In this document: piece after piece, positions 1 through 10,600 of the stretch
Layout: each line of letters begins with the position of its first letter
Numbering within the stretch: position 1 is the stretch's first letter
NCBI GenBank assembly: GCA_965216315.1
Contig: CBDCFN010000015.1
Span: 288,001 to 352,000, forward strand
Direction of reading: 5' to 3'
Source of the DNA: a bacterium
Lineage (GTDB): Bacteria; UBA10199; 2-02-FULL-50-16; JAJFLM01
DNA: 64,000 nt
Program-made: the position numbers and the translations under genes
The notes under the pieces: generated by a model
What the model was told of the DNA's origin: nothing
What the model saw: the letters and a program-made list of their open reading frames with translations, nothing else
Database searches by the model: none

Positions 1-1410
1 GATCGCGTCTTTCTCATTCTGCCAATGGGCCTTCAGGCTATTGGACTGCTCTTGCAGTTCGGAAATTTCTTTTTCGAGAGAGGCTAGCCGTTCCTGTGAG
101 GCCAAATCGTTTTCTTTTTTGAGGGCCTGCTGTTCGATCTGCAACTGCGTCACTCTCCGCTCAATCGTATCGATCTCGGTCGGCAGACTATCAATCTCAA
201 TCCGCAGCTTGGACGCCGCCTCATCAATGAGATCAATCGCCTTGTCGGGCAAAAAACGATCCGTGATATAACGATGCGACAGGGTCACCGCCGCAACCAA
301 GGCATCATCCTTGATCTTGACCCCGTGATGGATCTCGTAACGTTCCTTGAGGCCGCGCATAATCGCAATCGCGTCTTCTTCGCTGGGCTCACCCACGTAA
401 ACAGGTTGGAAGCGCCGTTCCAGCGCCGCGTCCTTTTCAACGTACTTGCGGTATTCATTGAGCGTCGTCGCCCCCACGCAACGCAGTTCACCACGCGCCA
501 ACATCGGCTTGAGGAGATTCGACGCATCGACCGCGCCTTCGGCCCCACCGGCCCCAACAATCGTGTGCATCTCATCAATAAACAGGATAATCTCGCCCTC
601 GGATTCCTTAATTTCTTTGAGCACGGCCTTGAGACGATCCTCAAACTCCCCGCGATACTTGGAACCGGCTATCAATGCTCCAATATCGAGCGAGATCAAC
701 CGCTTGTCATGGAGACTGTCGGGAATATCCCCGGAAATAATCCGCTGGGCCAGGCCTTCGACAATCGCCGTCTTACCAACCCCGGGTTCACCGATCATCA
801 CCGGATTATTCTTGGTCCGGCGTGACAAGACTTGAATGACTCGACGAATCTCATCATCCCGACCGATGACGGGATCGAGTTTCCCGCGCCGCGCCGCTTC
901 AGTGAGATCTTGGCCGTACTTGGAAAGGGCCTGATATTTCTCTTCGGGATTTTGATCCGTCACACGATGCGAGCCGCGAATGCCTACTAGGGCCTTCATG
1001 ATCGCCTCACGCGTCGCTCCGGCGCGCTTTAAAACTTTGCTCGCCTCCCCGGGCTTTTCATCCGCCAAGGCAAGGAGGAGATGTTCGGTACTGACGTATT
1101 CGTCTTTGAGTTTGTCTGCCTCTTTTTGAGCGCGTTGAAAAATCTGCTTCATGCGCTGCGAGAGATAAACATCGCTCGAGCCCCCGCTGATCTTGGGAAA
1201 CTTTTCAACTTCTTCTCGGATCTGATGGGAGAGCTGAGTCGGATCGGTCCCAACCTTGCGCATCAACGGTTGGACCACGCCTTCGGTCTGCTGTAATAAA
1301 GTATCAAGCAGATGCTCCGGCATGAGTTGTTGATGGCCGTGCTCGCGCGCGAGCTCTTGTGCGGCCAGGACACCCTCTTGGGCCTTTATGGTAAACTTAT
1401 CTAAGCGCAT
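1..1410 (-). CDS. clpB: ATP-dependent chaperone ClpB, 5' part (runs off window start)
   Basis: Not in the ORF track because it has no stop in the window. Minus strand from ATG at 1410 reads [35 protein letters not shown]; it also contains [14 protein letters not shown] (Walker A) and [17 protein letters not shown]. Confidence 0.95.
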   Translation of the reverse strand, partial: MRLDKFTIKAQEGVLAAQELAREHGHQQLMPEHLLDTLLQQTEGVVQPLMRKVGTDPTQLSHQIREEVEKFPKISGGSSDVYLSQRMKQIFQRAQKEADKLKDEYVSTEHLLLALADEKPGEASKVLKRAGATREAIMKALVGIRGSHRVTDQNPEEKYQALSKYGQDLTEAARRGKLDPVIGRDDEIRRVIQVLSRRTKNNPVMIGEPGVGKTAIVEGLAQRIISGDIPDSLHDKRLISLDIGALIAGSKYRGEFEDRLKAVLKEIKESEGEIILFIDEMHTIVGAGGAEGAVDASNLLKPMLARGELRCVGATTLNEYRKYVEKDAALERRFQPVYVGEPSEEDAIAIMRGLKERYEIHHGVKIKDDALVAAVTLSHRYITDRFLPDKAIDLIDEAASKLRIEIDSLPTEIDTIERRVTQLQIEQQALKKENDLASQERLASLEKEISELQEQSNSLKAHWQNEKDAI

Positions 1411-1484
1411 CAAATCCCTACTGAATTTACACTATTCTTGCCTTTAAAGAAACTAAACTCAGTTCGGGAATTGTCAAGCCACCA

Positions 1485-2930
1485 CTACTTCTGAAACGCC
1501 AAGAAGATCGTCGCATCCCCACGCTTGATAAAAAAGCGCACCACCTGACCGTCTTTGAGCTTTCTTACCAGCTGACTATAACTGCCGGGTGTATTGATCT
1601 TTTTACCATTAATCGAGATCAAGATATCACCGGGTCGCACATCTGAACGAGCCGCCTGACTTCCTGGCTCGACGCTGCTGATATAGACTCCGCCTTCACC
1701 GGGCGCCAAGCCGAGTTCCTTTTTCTCTTCCGGCGGAATCCCCCTCACATTGAGTCCAAGACCCTTACCGGATCCACCAGTGCCGCTACTGGCAACAACA
1801 TCATCGTCTTTGCGCTCGGCAATCGTAACCGTCATGGTCACACGTTTACCATCGCGAAGCACGGCAATGGGCACCGTTTTACCGATCTCGGTCTTCGCCA
1901 CCTCCGCCGGCAATTCATGGGATTCATCGATTTCCTTACCATTGTACGAGACAATGACATCACCGGACTGCAATCCGCCTTTTTCAGCGGGACTATCGGG
2001 AAACACATTGGCAACCAAACCACCCTTGGTCTCTTTTAAGCCAAAAGACTGGGCCAATTCATCCGTCATATCTTGAATGCCGACACCGAGCCAACCGCGG
2101 GTGACGTGCCCCTTACTGATCAATTGAGGGATCAGACCTTTGGCCAGATCAATAGGGATTGCAAAACCGATCCCTTGTCCGCTCGCCACAATCGCCGTAT
2201 TAATCCCAACGACTTGACCGTTCAAATCAAACAGTGGACCGCCACTGTTGCCGGGATTGATGGAGGCATCGGTCTGGATAAAATCATCATAGGGTCCGGC
2301 ACCAATCACGCGTCCCTTCGCAGATACAATGCCCGCCGTTACGGTATGATCCAGCCCAAAGGGGTTGCCCATGGCGATGACCCATTGGCCAACCTCTAAT
2401 GACTCGGAGTCACCGAGGGAGCAGAAAGTCAGTTTTTTTGAATCGACTTTAAGAACGGCAATATCCGTTTTTTCGTCTTCACCGACGACCTTGGCTTCCA
2501 ATTTTTTGTCTTCGGAGGTATGGACCAGAATCTCATCAGCACCTGCAATCACGTGCCTATTCGTCAAAACATGACCATCGGCATTGATCACAAAGCCAGT
2601 CCCGAGACTCTTCTGCTCACGCTGACGGGGCCCATCAAAAAAGCGATTAAAGAATTCATCAAAGGGATCCACGCGCCCGCCTGGACCACGCTGACCAAAA
2701 GGGGAACGAAAGCGCTGCATCCGCGGCCCGGCTTTTTTCTTCGTGCTAATATTGATAACACACTTACGAACCTTTTTGACGACACTGCGCACATCCGGAA
2801 GTGAATCAAGCAAACCCGCCTGAAGAAATCCCTCCGGTTTTTCACCCTGGTGATAATATTCAACTGCTTGGGCCGGGGCGCTCAAACTAACCAACGCTAC
2901 GGCTACAATAAAATGTTGTTTCAATTTCAT
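1485..2930 (-). CDS. degP: Do/DegQ-family periplasmic serine endoprotease with two PDZ domains
   Basis: Signal peptide; TNRHVI, DIAVLK and IQTDASINPGNSGGPL catalytic motifs; two PDZ-like regions. Confidence 0.93.
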   Translation of the reverse strand: MKLKQHFIVAVALVSLSAPAQAVEYYHQGEKPEGFLQAGLLDSLPDVRSVVKKVRKCVINISTKKKAGPRMQRFRSPFGQRGPGGRVDPFDEFFNRFFDGPRQREQKSLGTGFVINADGHVLTNRHVIAGADEILVHTSEDKKLEAKVVGEDEKTDIAVLKVDSKKLTFCSLGDSESLEVGQWVIAMGNPFGLDHTVTAGIVSAKGRVIGAGPYDDFIQTDASINPGNSGGPLFDLNGQVVGINTAIVASGQGIGFAIPIDLAKGLIPQLISKGHVTRGWLGVGIQDMTDELAQSFGLKETKGGLVANVFPDSPAEKGGLQSGDVIVSYNGKEIDESHELPAEVAKTEIGKTVPIAVLRDGKRVTMTVTIAERKDDDVVASSGTGGSGKGLGLNVRGIPPEEKKELGLAPGEGGVYISSVEPGSQAARSDVRPGDILISINGKKINTPGSYSQLVRKLKDGQVVRFFIKRGDATIFLAFQK

Positions 2931-3391
2931 GATGTCTTTGTCGCCTCGACGTAACGCATCCGCAATTCACTTAATATTTGCGTCATCAAGGCATCCTCCT
3001 CTTTAGTTCGATTTCCTTGTGTCTTGGTCGCTAGCATTCCCAAAATATCAATAGACTGTTTCGCCAGCGGTAAATTTTTTTCGACCTTCTCGCCGTCAGG
3101 CGCGGGGACCAGACCCAAATGCATATAAACGGACGTCGCCAGCGATAATAAAAACTGGGCAAAACCCTGATCGGAATCAAACGCCGCTTGTGCTCCGCCC
3201 GAAGGACCTTTAGCGGGGTCAGGCCTCTCACCACTTCCCTCTTCGCTCGTGCCGATTGAGTCAGCCACGGGCTCCTGTTCCTGCTGCGCTGGCATTTCTT
3301 CTGATTTTACTTCCGCTGCCTCGTCTTCGTCCCGACCTTCGCGGCGCCGATCGACGATTTTAAAACCGCGTTCTTCCGTTTCTCCTGCCAT
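2927..3391 (-). CDS. DUF1844-like protein
   Basis: FLLSLATSVYMHLG...NLPLAKQSIDILGMLATKTQGNRTKEE...LSELRMRYV matches the DUF1844 pattern; ATGA overlap with the protease gene. Confidence 0.8.
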   Translation of the reverse strand: MAGETEERGFKIVDRRREGRDEDEAAEVKSEEMPAQQEQEPVADSIGTSEEGSGERPDPAKGPSGGAQAAFDSDQGFAQFLLSLATSVYMHLGLVPAPDGEKVEKNLPLAKQSIDILGMLATKTQGNRTKEEDALMTQILSELRMRYVEATKTS

Positions 3392-3615
3392 AGCGTTTCC
3401 TTCCTGAATTAGGCCATAAATGCCGTTGTATTATTTGTATGGGGACGCAGGGTTGTCAATACGTGCTCTGTAAATACTTTGTAAAAGCGCCGCTTCTAAC
3501 TAACTGAAATTAAAGTGATATATCCGAATTGGCGGGTCTTGACAGCCCCCAGGAGCGTGCTTAGTATAATAAGACCCTGATGAGACGTTAACAGGAGAGG
3601 AGCATCAAAAAGGAT

Positions 3616-4470
3616 ATGACAACCACAAAGCTGCCAGTACTGAGTAACGGAATTGACGTCTACGCGGCCCAAATAAGCCAATATAAGGTGTTGAGCCGCG
3701 AGGAAGAGCACGCGCTCGCGCTCCGTTATTATCAGACCCAGGATAAGGATGCCGCCCAGCAATTGGTACTGGCCAATCTGCGCTTTGTCGTCAAGATCGC
3801 CCATGAGTATAAGGCCTATGGCTTTCGCCTGGCCGACCTGATCCAAGAAGGCAATGTCGGCCTCTTAATGGCGGTCAAAAAGTTTGATCCCCACAAGGGT
3901 TTTCGACTGATTTCTTACGCGGTCTGGTGGATCCGCGCCTATATCCAAAATTTTATTCTACGCTCCTGGAGTCTGGTGCGGATTGGAACCACGCAGGCAC
4001 AACGCAAATTGTTCTACAAGCTGCGCGCGGCGAAGCGTAAACTTCTCGGCAATGAAGAGGCGGATTTGGACCGTGCCCTCAATGGGGGCGAGGCCCATCA
4101 TCTGGCCGAAAAGATGGCCCTCAAGGAAGAGGATGTTATCGAAATGGACACGCGGCTCGCAGCCCGTGATCTCTCCCTCAATACGCCGATCAGTGACGAT
4201 CGGCAGGTGACGCATCAGGACCTGCTCTGCTCCCCAGAAAATCAGGAAGAAGCCGTAGCCCATCAACAGGAGACGGTTCAACTCACTGAGCAGGTCCGTG
4301 CGGCCCTCACCTCCTTAAACCCCCGGGAGCAATATATCGTCGAAAAGCGCTTGATGGCCGAAGAACCCCTCACCCTGCAAGAAATTGGGAATCATTTCGG
4401 GATTTCGCGGGAGCGTAGCCGCCAGCTCGAGGTTCGTGCCAAGCAGAAGCTCCGCGAAGCCCTGGTTTAA
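3616..4470 (+). CDS. rpoH: RNA polymerase sigma-32 factor
   Basis: DLIQEGNVGLLMAVKKFDP, SYAVWWIRAYI and RpoH box QRKLFYKLR. Confidence 0.93.
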   Translation: MTTTKLPVLSNGIDVYAAQISQYKVLSREEEHALALRYYQTQDKDAAQQLVLANLRFVVKIAHEYKAYGFRLADLIQEGNVGLLMAVKKFDPHKGFRLISYAVWWIRAYIQNFILRSWSLVRIGTTQAQRKLFYKLRAAKRKLLGNEEADLDRALNGGEAHHLAEKMALKEEDVIEMDTRLAARDLSLNTPISDDRQVTHQDLLCSPENQEEAVAHQQETVQLTEQVRAALTSLNPREQYIVEKRLMAEEPLTLQEIGNHFGISRERSRQLEVRAKQKLREALV

Positions 4471-4504
4471 TTATATCCTTGATCCCAGCCACTAATGTCC
4501 TAGA

Positions 4505-5266
4505 ATGCCGGACATGAGACGCCTCTTCCCCCTATTGACCCTGCTCGCGCTCGGCTGCCTTGTTGCTGCCGCCTGTTCCTCAACACCGAAGTACGGCCAG
4601 GAAAAAGACGCCGCCAGCGCAATCAGCAAATGTAATGAGCTGATGGAAAAGGAAAAGTTCGAAAAGGCCAGCAAGTGCTATGAAATGTTGCGTTCCCGTT
4701 TTGCCGGTTCGGGACTCACCGATGATGCGGAACTGCGCATCGCTGACATTGCCTTTGAAAAAGAAGATTACTTGCTCGCCGCCGAATCTTACCGTGCTTT
4801 CGCCAAGCTGCATCCGGCCCACCCTAAACTCGCCTATGTCTATTACAAAGCGGGGCTCTCCTACCTGCGTGAAAGCCCGAAACAAATCGATCGCGATCAA
4901 CAGTACCTGGATGAAGCGATCGGTTATTTTGAGATTGGCATTCGCTACTTTCCGGGAAGCGCCTACCAAGACGTTACTAAAGAGGCCTTAAAAGAAGCCC
5001 GTCGTCGCCTCGCCGCGCGGGAACTTTACGTCGGTCGTTTTTATTTCAAACGCAAAGAATATCGTTCTTCTCTCCTGAGATTTGCGGAAGTTGCCGATCG
5101 CTATCAAGGCTTGGGGTTTGATGAGGAGGCATTGTATTTAATGGCGAAAGCCTATGTCCGATTAGACGAACGCAAAAAGGCTTATGAAGTCGCCGCCGTC
5201 TTAAAAAGTCGACACCCTAATAGTGCGTACTTGGATAGAATTATCAAAGATTTGGACATTGATTAG
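4505..5266 (+). CDS. bamD: Outer membrane protein assembly lipoprotein BamD
   Basis: Lipobox VAAAC, TPR helices, DRDQ motif, LAARELYVGRFYFKR. Confidence 0.9.
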   Translation: MPDMRRLFPLLTLLALGCLVAAACSSTPKYGQEKDAASAISKCNELMEKEKFEKASKCYEMLRSRFAGSGLTDDAELRIADIAFEKEDYLLAAESYRAFAKLHPAHPKLAYVYYKAGLSYLRESPKQIDRDQQYLDEAIGYFEIGIRYFPGSAYQDVTKEALKEARRRLAARELYVGRFYFKRKEYRSSLLRFAEVADRYQGLGFDEEALYLMAKAYVRLDERKKAYEVAAVLKSRHPNSAYLDRIIKDLDID

Positions 5267-5271
5267 GTATC

Positions 5272-6036
5272 ATGGAAGTTCCCATCATTGAACTCATTGA
5301 GATTGGTAAGCGGGCCTTCAACGAGGATGATTTTGACCGTGCGGAGGAATGCATTGGCACTGTCCTGCAGCATGGCCAGCGCTTTGCCGACCTGCTCAAC
5401 ATCATGGGCATTATTTACCATGATCGTGGTGACTTTAATCGCGCAATCGACTCGTTCAAGGAAGCCCTCGTTATCAATCCCCAATATGTCGAGCCCCGGC
5501 TCAACCTTGCGGTTCTCTATAACGACCTCGGCGACTATGCTGCCGCCCGCAAACTTCTCACCCATAAAGGGGTCAAAGGAAGCCAAACGAAATTCAAAGA
5601 CGACCCCATCCTCGATGGCAAACTCGCCAATCAACATGCCATGATGGGAGATATGTACCGACGGTTGGGCCGCTTTGATGAAGCCATAACAGAGTATCGC
5701 AAAGCCCTCAGCTTGGGTTCGGGCTTTGCTGATATTCGCACGCGTCTCGGCACCGCCCTCCGTGAAGCGGGTAACACAAAAGAAGCCCTCAAAGAACTAC
5801 GACGGGCCTGCAAAGACAAACCCAACTTCCTCGAGGCGCGCATCCAACTGGGTGTCACCTTATTTGCCACCGGCCGCCATAGTGATGCGCGCAAGGAATG
5901 GGAGGCCGTCCTCAAAAAGGACAAGGACGACCCCAAGGCGCGGATGTATTTGCTCATGGTCCAGAATGGAAAAACCCCGACCAAGCCACGCAAGGCGGCT
6001 CCCAAACGCAAGCCAACGAAAAAGCCTAAAAAGTAA
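5272..6036 (+). CDS. TPR-repeat protein with basic C-terminal tail
   Basis: Repeated TPR signatures, e.g. AIDSFKEALVINPQYVEPRLNLA. Confidence 0.85.
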   Translation: MEVPIIELIEIGKRAFNEDDFDRAEECIGTVLQHGQRFADLLNIMGIIYHDRGDFNRAIDSFKEALVINPQYVEPRLNLAVLYNDLGDYAAARKLLTHKGVKGSQTKFKDDPILDGKLANQHAMMGDMYRRLGRFDEAITEYRKALSLGSGFADIRTRLGTALREAGNTKEALKELRRACKDKPNFLEARIQLGVTLFATGRHSDARKEWEAVLKKDKDDPKARMYLLMVQNGKTPTKPRKAAPKRKPTKKPKK

Positions 6037-6128
6037 GTTAAATTGCAACCTTTTGCATCCGGCCCCGACGCAACTTGAGCTGCGGATCTAGCCGAAAATA
6101 GGGTATACTTTGTCATGGGAGGCCCGAT

Positions 6129-7610
6129 TTGCACCGTATTGTCTTATTATTAGCGATTCTCACTTTGTCCGGCTTTGCCGCCTGCCCGGCAACGACGGGT
6201 CCCATGGGCGCGACGGCGGATGATCCCGAAATCGCCGCAGCCGACGAGTTGCCTGAACCGGTTCAGAGTCAGCCCCCCTTGGGGGACGGCATCGGTGCCA
6301 AGGGTGATTCAACGACGATCCCGGAATTCAGCACTCTGTTTATGACCTTACCGGGCCAACCAGAGCGATTCACGGACATTCCGCCTCGCACCGTCGATTA
6401 TAATGTTTGGTTCCTGGACGACGGCAACGAACAATACCGGCAAGACGTCACCGCACGATTTTTCCACCAGCAGCTCTTCACGGCGGGAACCACCATTCCG
6501 GAAAACCCACACTGCCCCTTTGTGACCAACACGACAGGTCGAAATCAGCTGCCATGCGCCTGCACTCAAGAAATTCTTGATTCTGAGAAAGTGCAGCTCA
6601 GATGCGAAGGCAAGTTTCCTTTCGCTCACGGCCAAATGCTGCGTCTGATCATCTGTGGCCAACCGAATCCTAACGTTCTGAAACAAACCGTCGGCAACGC
6701 GCGCAATCCGATCGCCGAGTTTATTGACCGCGCCTATGTCCACAGCAATAAAGAACTGTGGGACTTAGAATTCTGTCCTGAACGACGCTATGTCGACTAT
6801 GTCTTCAAGGCCGCGGACATGGAACTGGCGTTTCCATTGGAAAGCGGCAAGCTCTACTTTGTCACCCAGTTCCCGCGCGACTACCTCGGCAAAGAAGCGG
6901 AATATGGCGAACCCGTCCCCAATCACCTCGGGATCCACAACACAATTTATGAAAGCAACCATGAAATGGGTCGCTTCTTATCCGAAGGGCGCATCGTCCA
7001 AGTCGTTACGGGGGTACCAGCGAGTAACGCGGCCCCAAAGGCCCCTTATATCAATTTTAGTTATTCCAGCGCCGATTCGGATGAACCCCGAGCGACCTCT
7101 TTCAGCGCCGAGCTCCCGAACACCCCTTATTGCGATAAGCTCGCCGCTCGGTCGCCCGAACAACTCGCATGGGAAAAGGAATTGTTTGAACTGATCAATG
7201 AAATCAGAGTCGCCGGTGCGGATTGCCGGAGTGAAGGCATTAAGGCAAGCGCCCCACCACTCGACATAAGCCCGGTCCTTTATTGTACGGCATGCCTGCA
7301 CAGCCAGGACATGTATGAGCGCGCCTTTGTCTCCCATACAAATCCCGATGGCTTATCGGTGTTCTGGCGTTCCTTTCTGGCCTCGCAGGTCGAGCTCGGT
7401 CAACCGCTCGTCGAAGTGTTCTCCCGCCTCGGTGAGAATATCGTTCACGGTCCGACAACGCCTGCAGCAGCTCTCAAGCACTGGCTCGCCAATGATCGCC
7501 ACTGCGCCAATCTCATGGACCCCTACTTTACTCACGCGGGAACCGGATCCCATCATGGCAATGATCAAGGGCGCTTCTGGACCCTAGCGCTCGGCACTCA
7601 ATTAAAGTAA
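6129..7610 (+). CDS. Lipoprotein with C-terminal CAP/SCP domain
   Basis: TTG start; lipobox FAAC; C-terminal HSQDMYERAFVSHT...GENI...WLANDRHCANLMDP...WT is CAP-like. Confidence 0.8.
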   Translation: MHRIVLLLAILTLSGFAACPATTGPMGATADDPEIAAADELPEPVQSQPPLGDGIGAKGDSTTIPEFSTLFMTLPGQPERFTDIPPRTVDYNVWFLDDGNEQYRQDVTARFFHQQLFTAGTTIPENPHCPFVTNTTGRNQLPCACTQEILDSEKVQLRCEGKFPFAHGQMLRLIICGQPNPNVLKQTVGNARNPIAEFIDRAYVHSNKELWDLEFCPERRYVDYVFKAADMELAFPLESGKLYFVTQFPRDYLGKEAEYGEPVPNHLGIHNTIYESNHEMGRFLSEGRIVQVVTGVPASNAAPKAPYINFSYSSADSDEPRATSFSAELPNTPYCDKLAARSPEQLAWEKELFELINEIRVAGADCRSEGIKASAPPLDISPVLYCTACLHSQDMYERAFVSHTNPDGLSVFWRSFLASQVELGQPLVEVFSRLGENIVHGPTTPAAALKHWLANDRHCANLMDPYFTHAGTGSHHGNDQGRFWTLALGTQLK

Positions 7611-7634
7611 TGCCTAGTCGCCGCCACAATTAAT

Positions 7635-10600
7635 TTACAAACCGTACTTCACAATCGCGGCTCGAATCGCCTCCGTGTCCCGTGCAATGCCCAGTTGTTC
7701 CATTTTCGTATAAAGATGCCGCCGTGAAATGCCCAAAGCCTCGGCAGCATGCCCCCGATGAAAACCATTATCACGGATCGCCAGCAAGATCTTCGCCGCC
7801 TCCGGATCGACTGGAGCGGTCGCTTTAGCCTTGGCCTTGCTCTTCACTTGGGCACTTCGTTTAGCGGCACTCCCCGATGCCAGCGCCTGCTTGAACTGCA
7901 TGGAATTCGGGACAATGACATTATCTTCCGCAAAGAGAACCGCCGTTTCGAGCGTATTTTGCAGTTCGCGAATATTCCCCGGCCAGTCATAGTTCATTAG
8001 TAAAGCCAAAGTCATCGGGTCCAATTGCGCGACTTCGCTTTTCTGACGTTCAGCTATTTGTTTGAGAAAATGATCCGCGAGTAACGGCAAGTCTTCCATG
8101 CGGTCACGCAAGGGTGGCAACGTCACTGTCACGCCATTGAGACGATAAAACAGGTCTTCACGAAATTCGCCACTCTCGACCAGCTCATGAAGATCCCGAT
8201 TACTGGCTGAAACCACCCTGACATCGACCTTAATGAGCTGATTCGAACCCAACGGACGAATCTCTCCTTCCTGTAAAAAGCGCAGCAACTTCGCCTGGAG
8301 GTTGAGGCTCATATCGGCAATCTCATCGAGAAAAACGGTCCCGCCATCCGCATAATGCAACATGCCTTTTTTATCGGATGTCGCATGCGTAAACGCGCCC
8401 TTCTTATGACCGAATAGTTCCGATTCCATCAGATTCTCGGGCAAAGCTGAGCAGTTCTCCGTTACGAAGGGCTTATTTTTTCGCAAGCTATTAAAGTGCA
8501 GGGCCCGTGCAATCGACTCCTTACCGGTCCCCGATTCACCATGAATCCACACCGGGATCTTCGCCTCCGTGATGCGATCCACCATGGCCAGCACTTGGAC
8601 CATCTTGGGAGAACGCCCGATAATGTCCGAATACTTATTTTGGAGCACGGCCCGAGATTCTTTAAGTTCCCGCGCCATCAACTCGACCTGTGAATTTTGA
8701 TCCGTAACCTGCTCAGTGAGATCGGCATTCTGAGCCTGAAGGGAAGCAATCATGGCTTCTTTCTGGAGCGCAATCGCGGCAATCCCCACAAAGGTTTTTA
8801 AGGCCTCTAAGACAGCTCCTTCAAACAATCCCTGTTCAAAGCGATGATCCAAATAAAAAACACCGAGTATCCCGTCGCGGCTCTTCACGGGAAGAGCGAC
8901 GATCGATTTGAGCTGGTGAAGTTGTGTGCTTTTGGAATCACGGAAGCGCACATCTTCCAGGGCGTTATCCGTGATAACTTCTTCACCGGTTTGCAGCGCG
9001 CGCTTAACCGCCGAAAGGCTAAAGGCAAAGGCATCCGTCTCCAACTCTTCCTTATGGATATTGCGCGCGGCCGCCAAAGTGTATCCCGGCAACGGACCGG
9101 AATTCTGATCCGACCGAACGAGGAGAAAACCTGTCTCGGCCTGGGCTAGCTGCATCGCCGCCTCCATCAAGTCCTCTAAAACGGACTCCATGTTTTCTTC
9201 CATAAGCAACTTTTGATTGAGGTCGGACAGACCTTCCAAGATGTTTTTGAGTTCCATTGTATTCTCCACTGACGGTTCATTGGCATCGGAATCCGCTGCG
9301 ACCCACCTGCGGTAATCGTAGCGATCGACAAAGGATACCTGCAATCCCAATGAAAGTTCTTGATAAATTGTTGTTAATAGGCGGCGCACCGCATCACTCT
9401 CTCGAGTGCGACTCAGCCAGCGCAAAGCCAGCTCCCGATTCCAATAATGTTCCAAATCATCCGTATCAGGCTTGGCATCGGCCAATTGTAAATAGCGACC
9501 GTCACGCCATTCACCGATCAGGTCGCGGACCTCGCTGGCATAAACCGCTGCCGGGGCATAATCCGCTTCTAATCCCGCCAACTCGACAACGAGTTGATCG
9601 GCGACCTTAAAATTACCGACCGCCGCTTCGGCAATAGCACTGTGCCGCAGGTTTTCCGCGAGATCATTCGGGTTAGCGAGTAAGCGCAGGATCTCTTGGG
9701 CCTGCCGGAGCCGGCGCAAGGCCTCGTCAAGTTGACCGCGTTTGCGCGCCAGCACCCCTTGGTTGGTCCAAACGGAGGCTAAGAAAAGACCGTTCTTAAG
9801 TTGCCGCGCCAAATTCTCGGCGCGGGCTTGGGTGGCTTCGGCATCATCAACCGCGCCGTGGGCCTGGGCCAGGAGTCCGCGCTGTAAGAGCGTGGAAAAT
9901 TCTCCTTCGGTAAATCCCGCCTCATGATACAGCTGTTCCGCTTGTTGAAGGTGCTTGAGACTTGTCGCCCAGTCCCTCTCGTGCGCATCCGCTACGGCCA
10001 GGTTGCGGTAAATCTCGGCCCGATGGCGTCCCGCCGCCTCACAGAGGTCTAAGGCCCGATGAAAATGGGTACGGGCTGTCTCGGAATCGCCACGATCCAA
10101 GGCATTCATCGCCAACAGGGTGTGGGCGCGGGTTGCGAACGGCCGTTGTTCCACCTCAGGGCCCGCACTTTCAAGACAACGCTCAAGACGTTGCGTTGAC
10201 TCCGGGATGTCACCGAGATTGCGGTAATTTAAACCCGTCGTGAACCAATACTTTACTTGGCGCTCGCGTTGACTCTCATCAGTGGCATCGAGCTGCAACC
10301 ATTGCTCACAGTATTCGAGGGCCTCAGGATAACGACCGAGCGCATTAAGCAAATTAATCTTCAGCCGCAACAACCGTGATTGTTCAGCAGAATCCTTGAT
10401 GTAGGGAAAGGCGGCGTTGAGCAGCTCCAACCCTTCTTCATGCCGGCCACTTTCCATCATCGCCTGCCCCGTCACGAGCATACCGGCTGCTAGTTCCGTT
10501 TCGTCTCTTAAGCACAGGGCGTGATGCAGTCGCTGCCGGTTGGGATAGGGATTCGCTCGCAGTGCTTTGAGCCAGGCCTGGTGCCATGTGCGCTGTTCAC

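Noticed and set aside
41..1296. Plus-strand ORFs 41..271, 274..825, 446..835 and 1081..1296
   Set aside because: They are antisense shadows of clpB, which occupies the minus strand.
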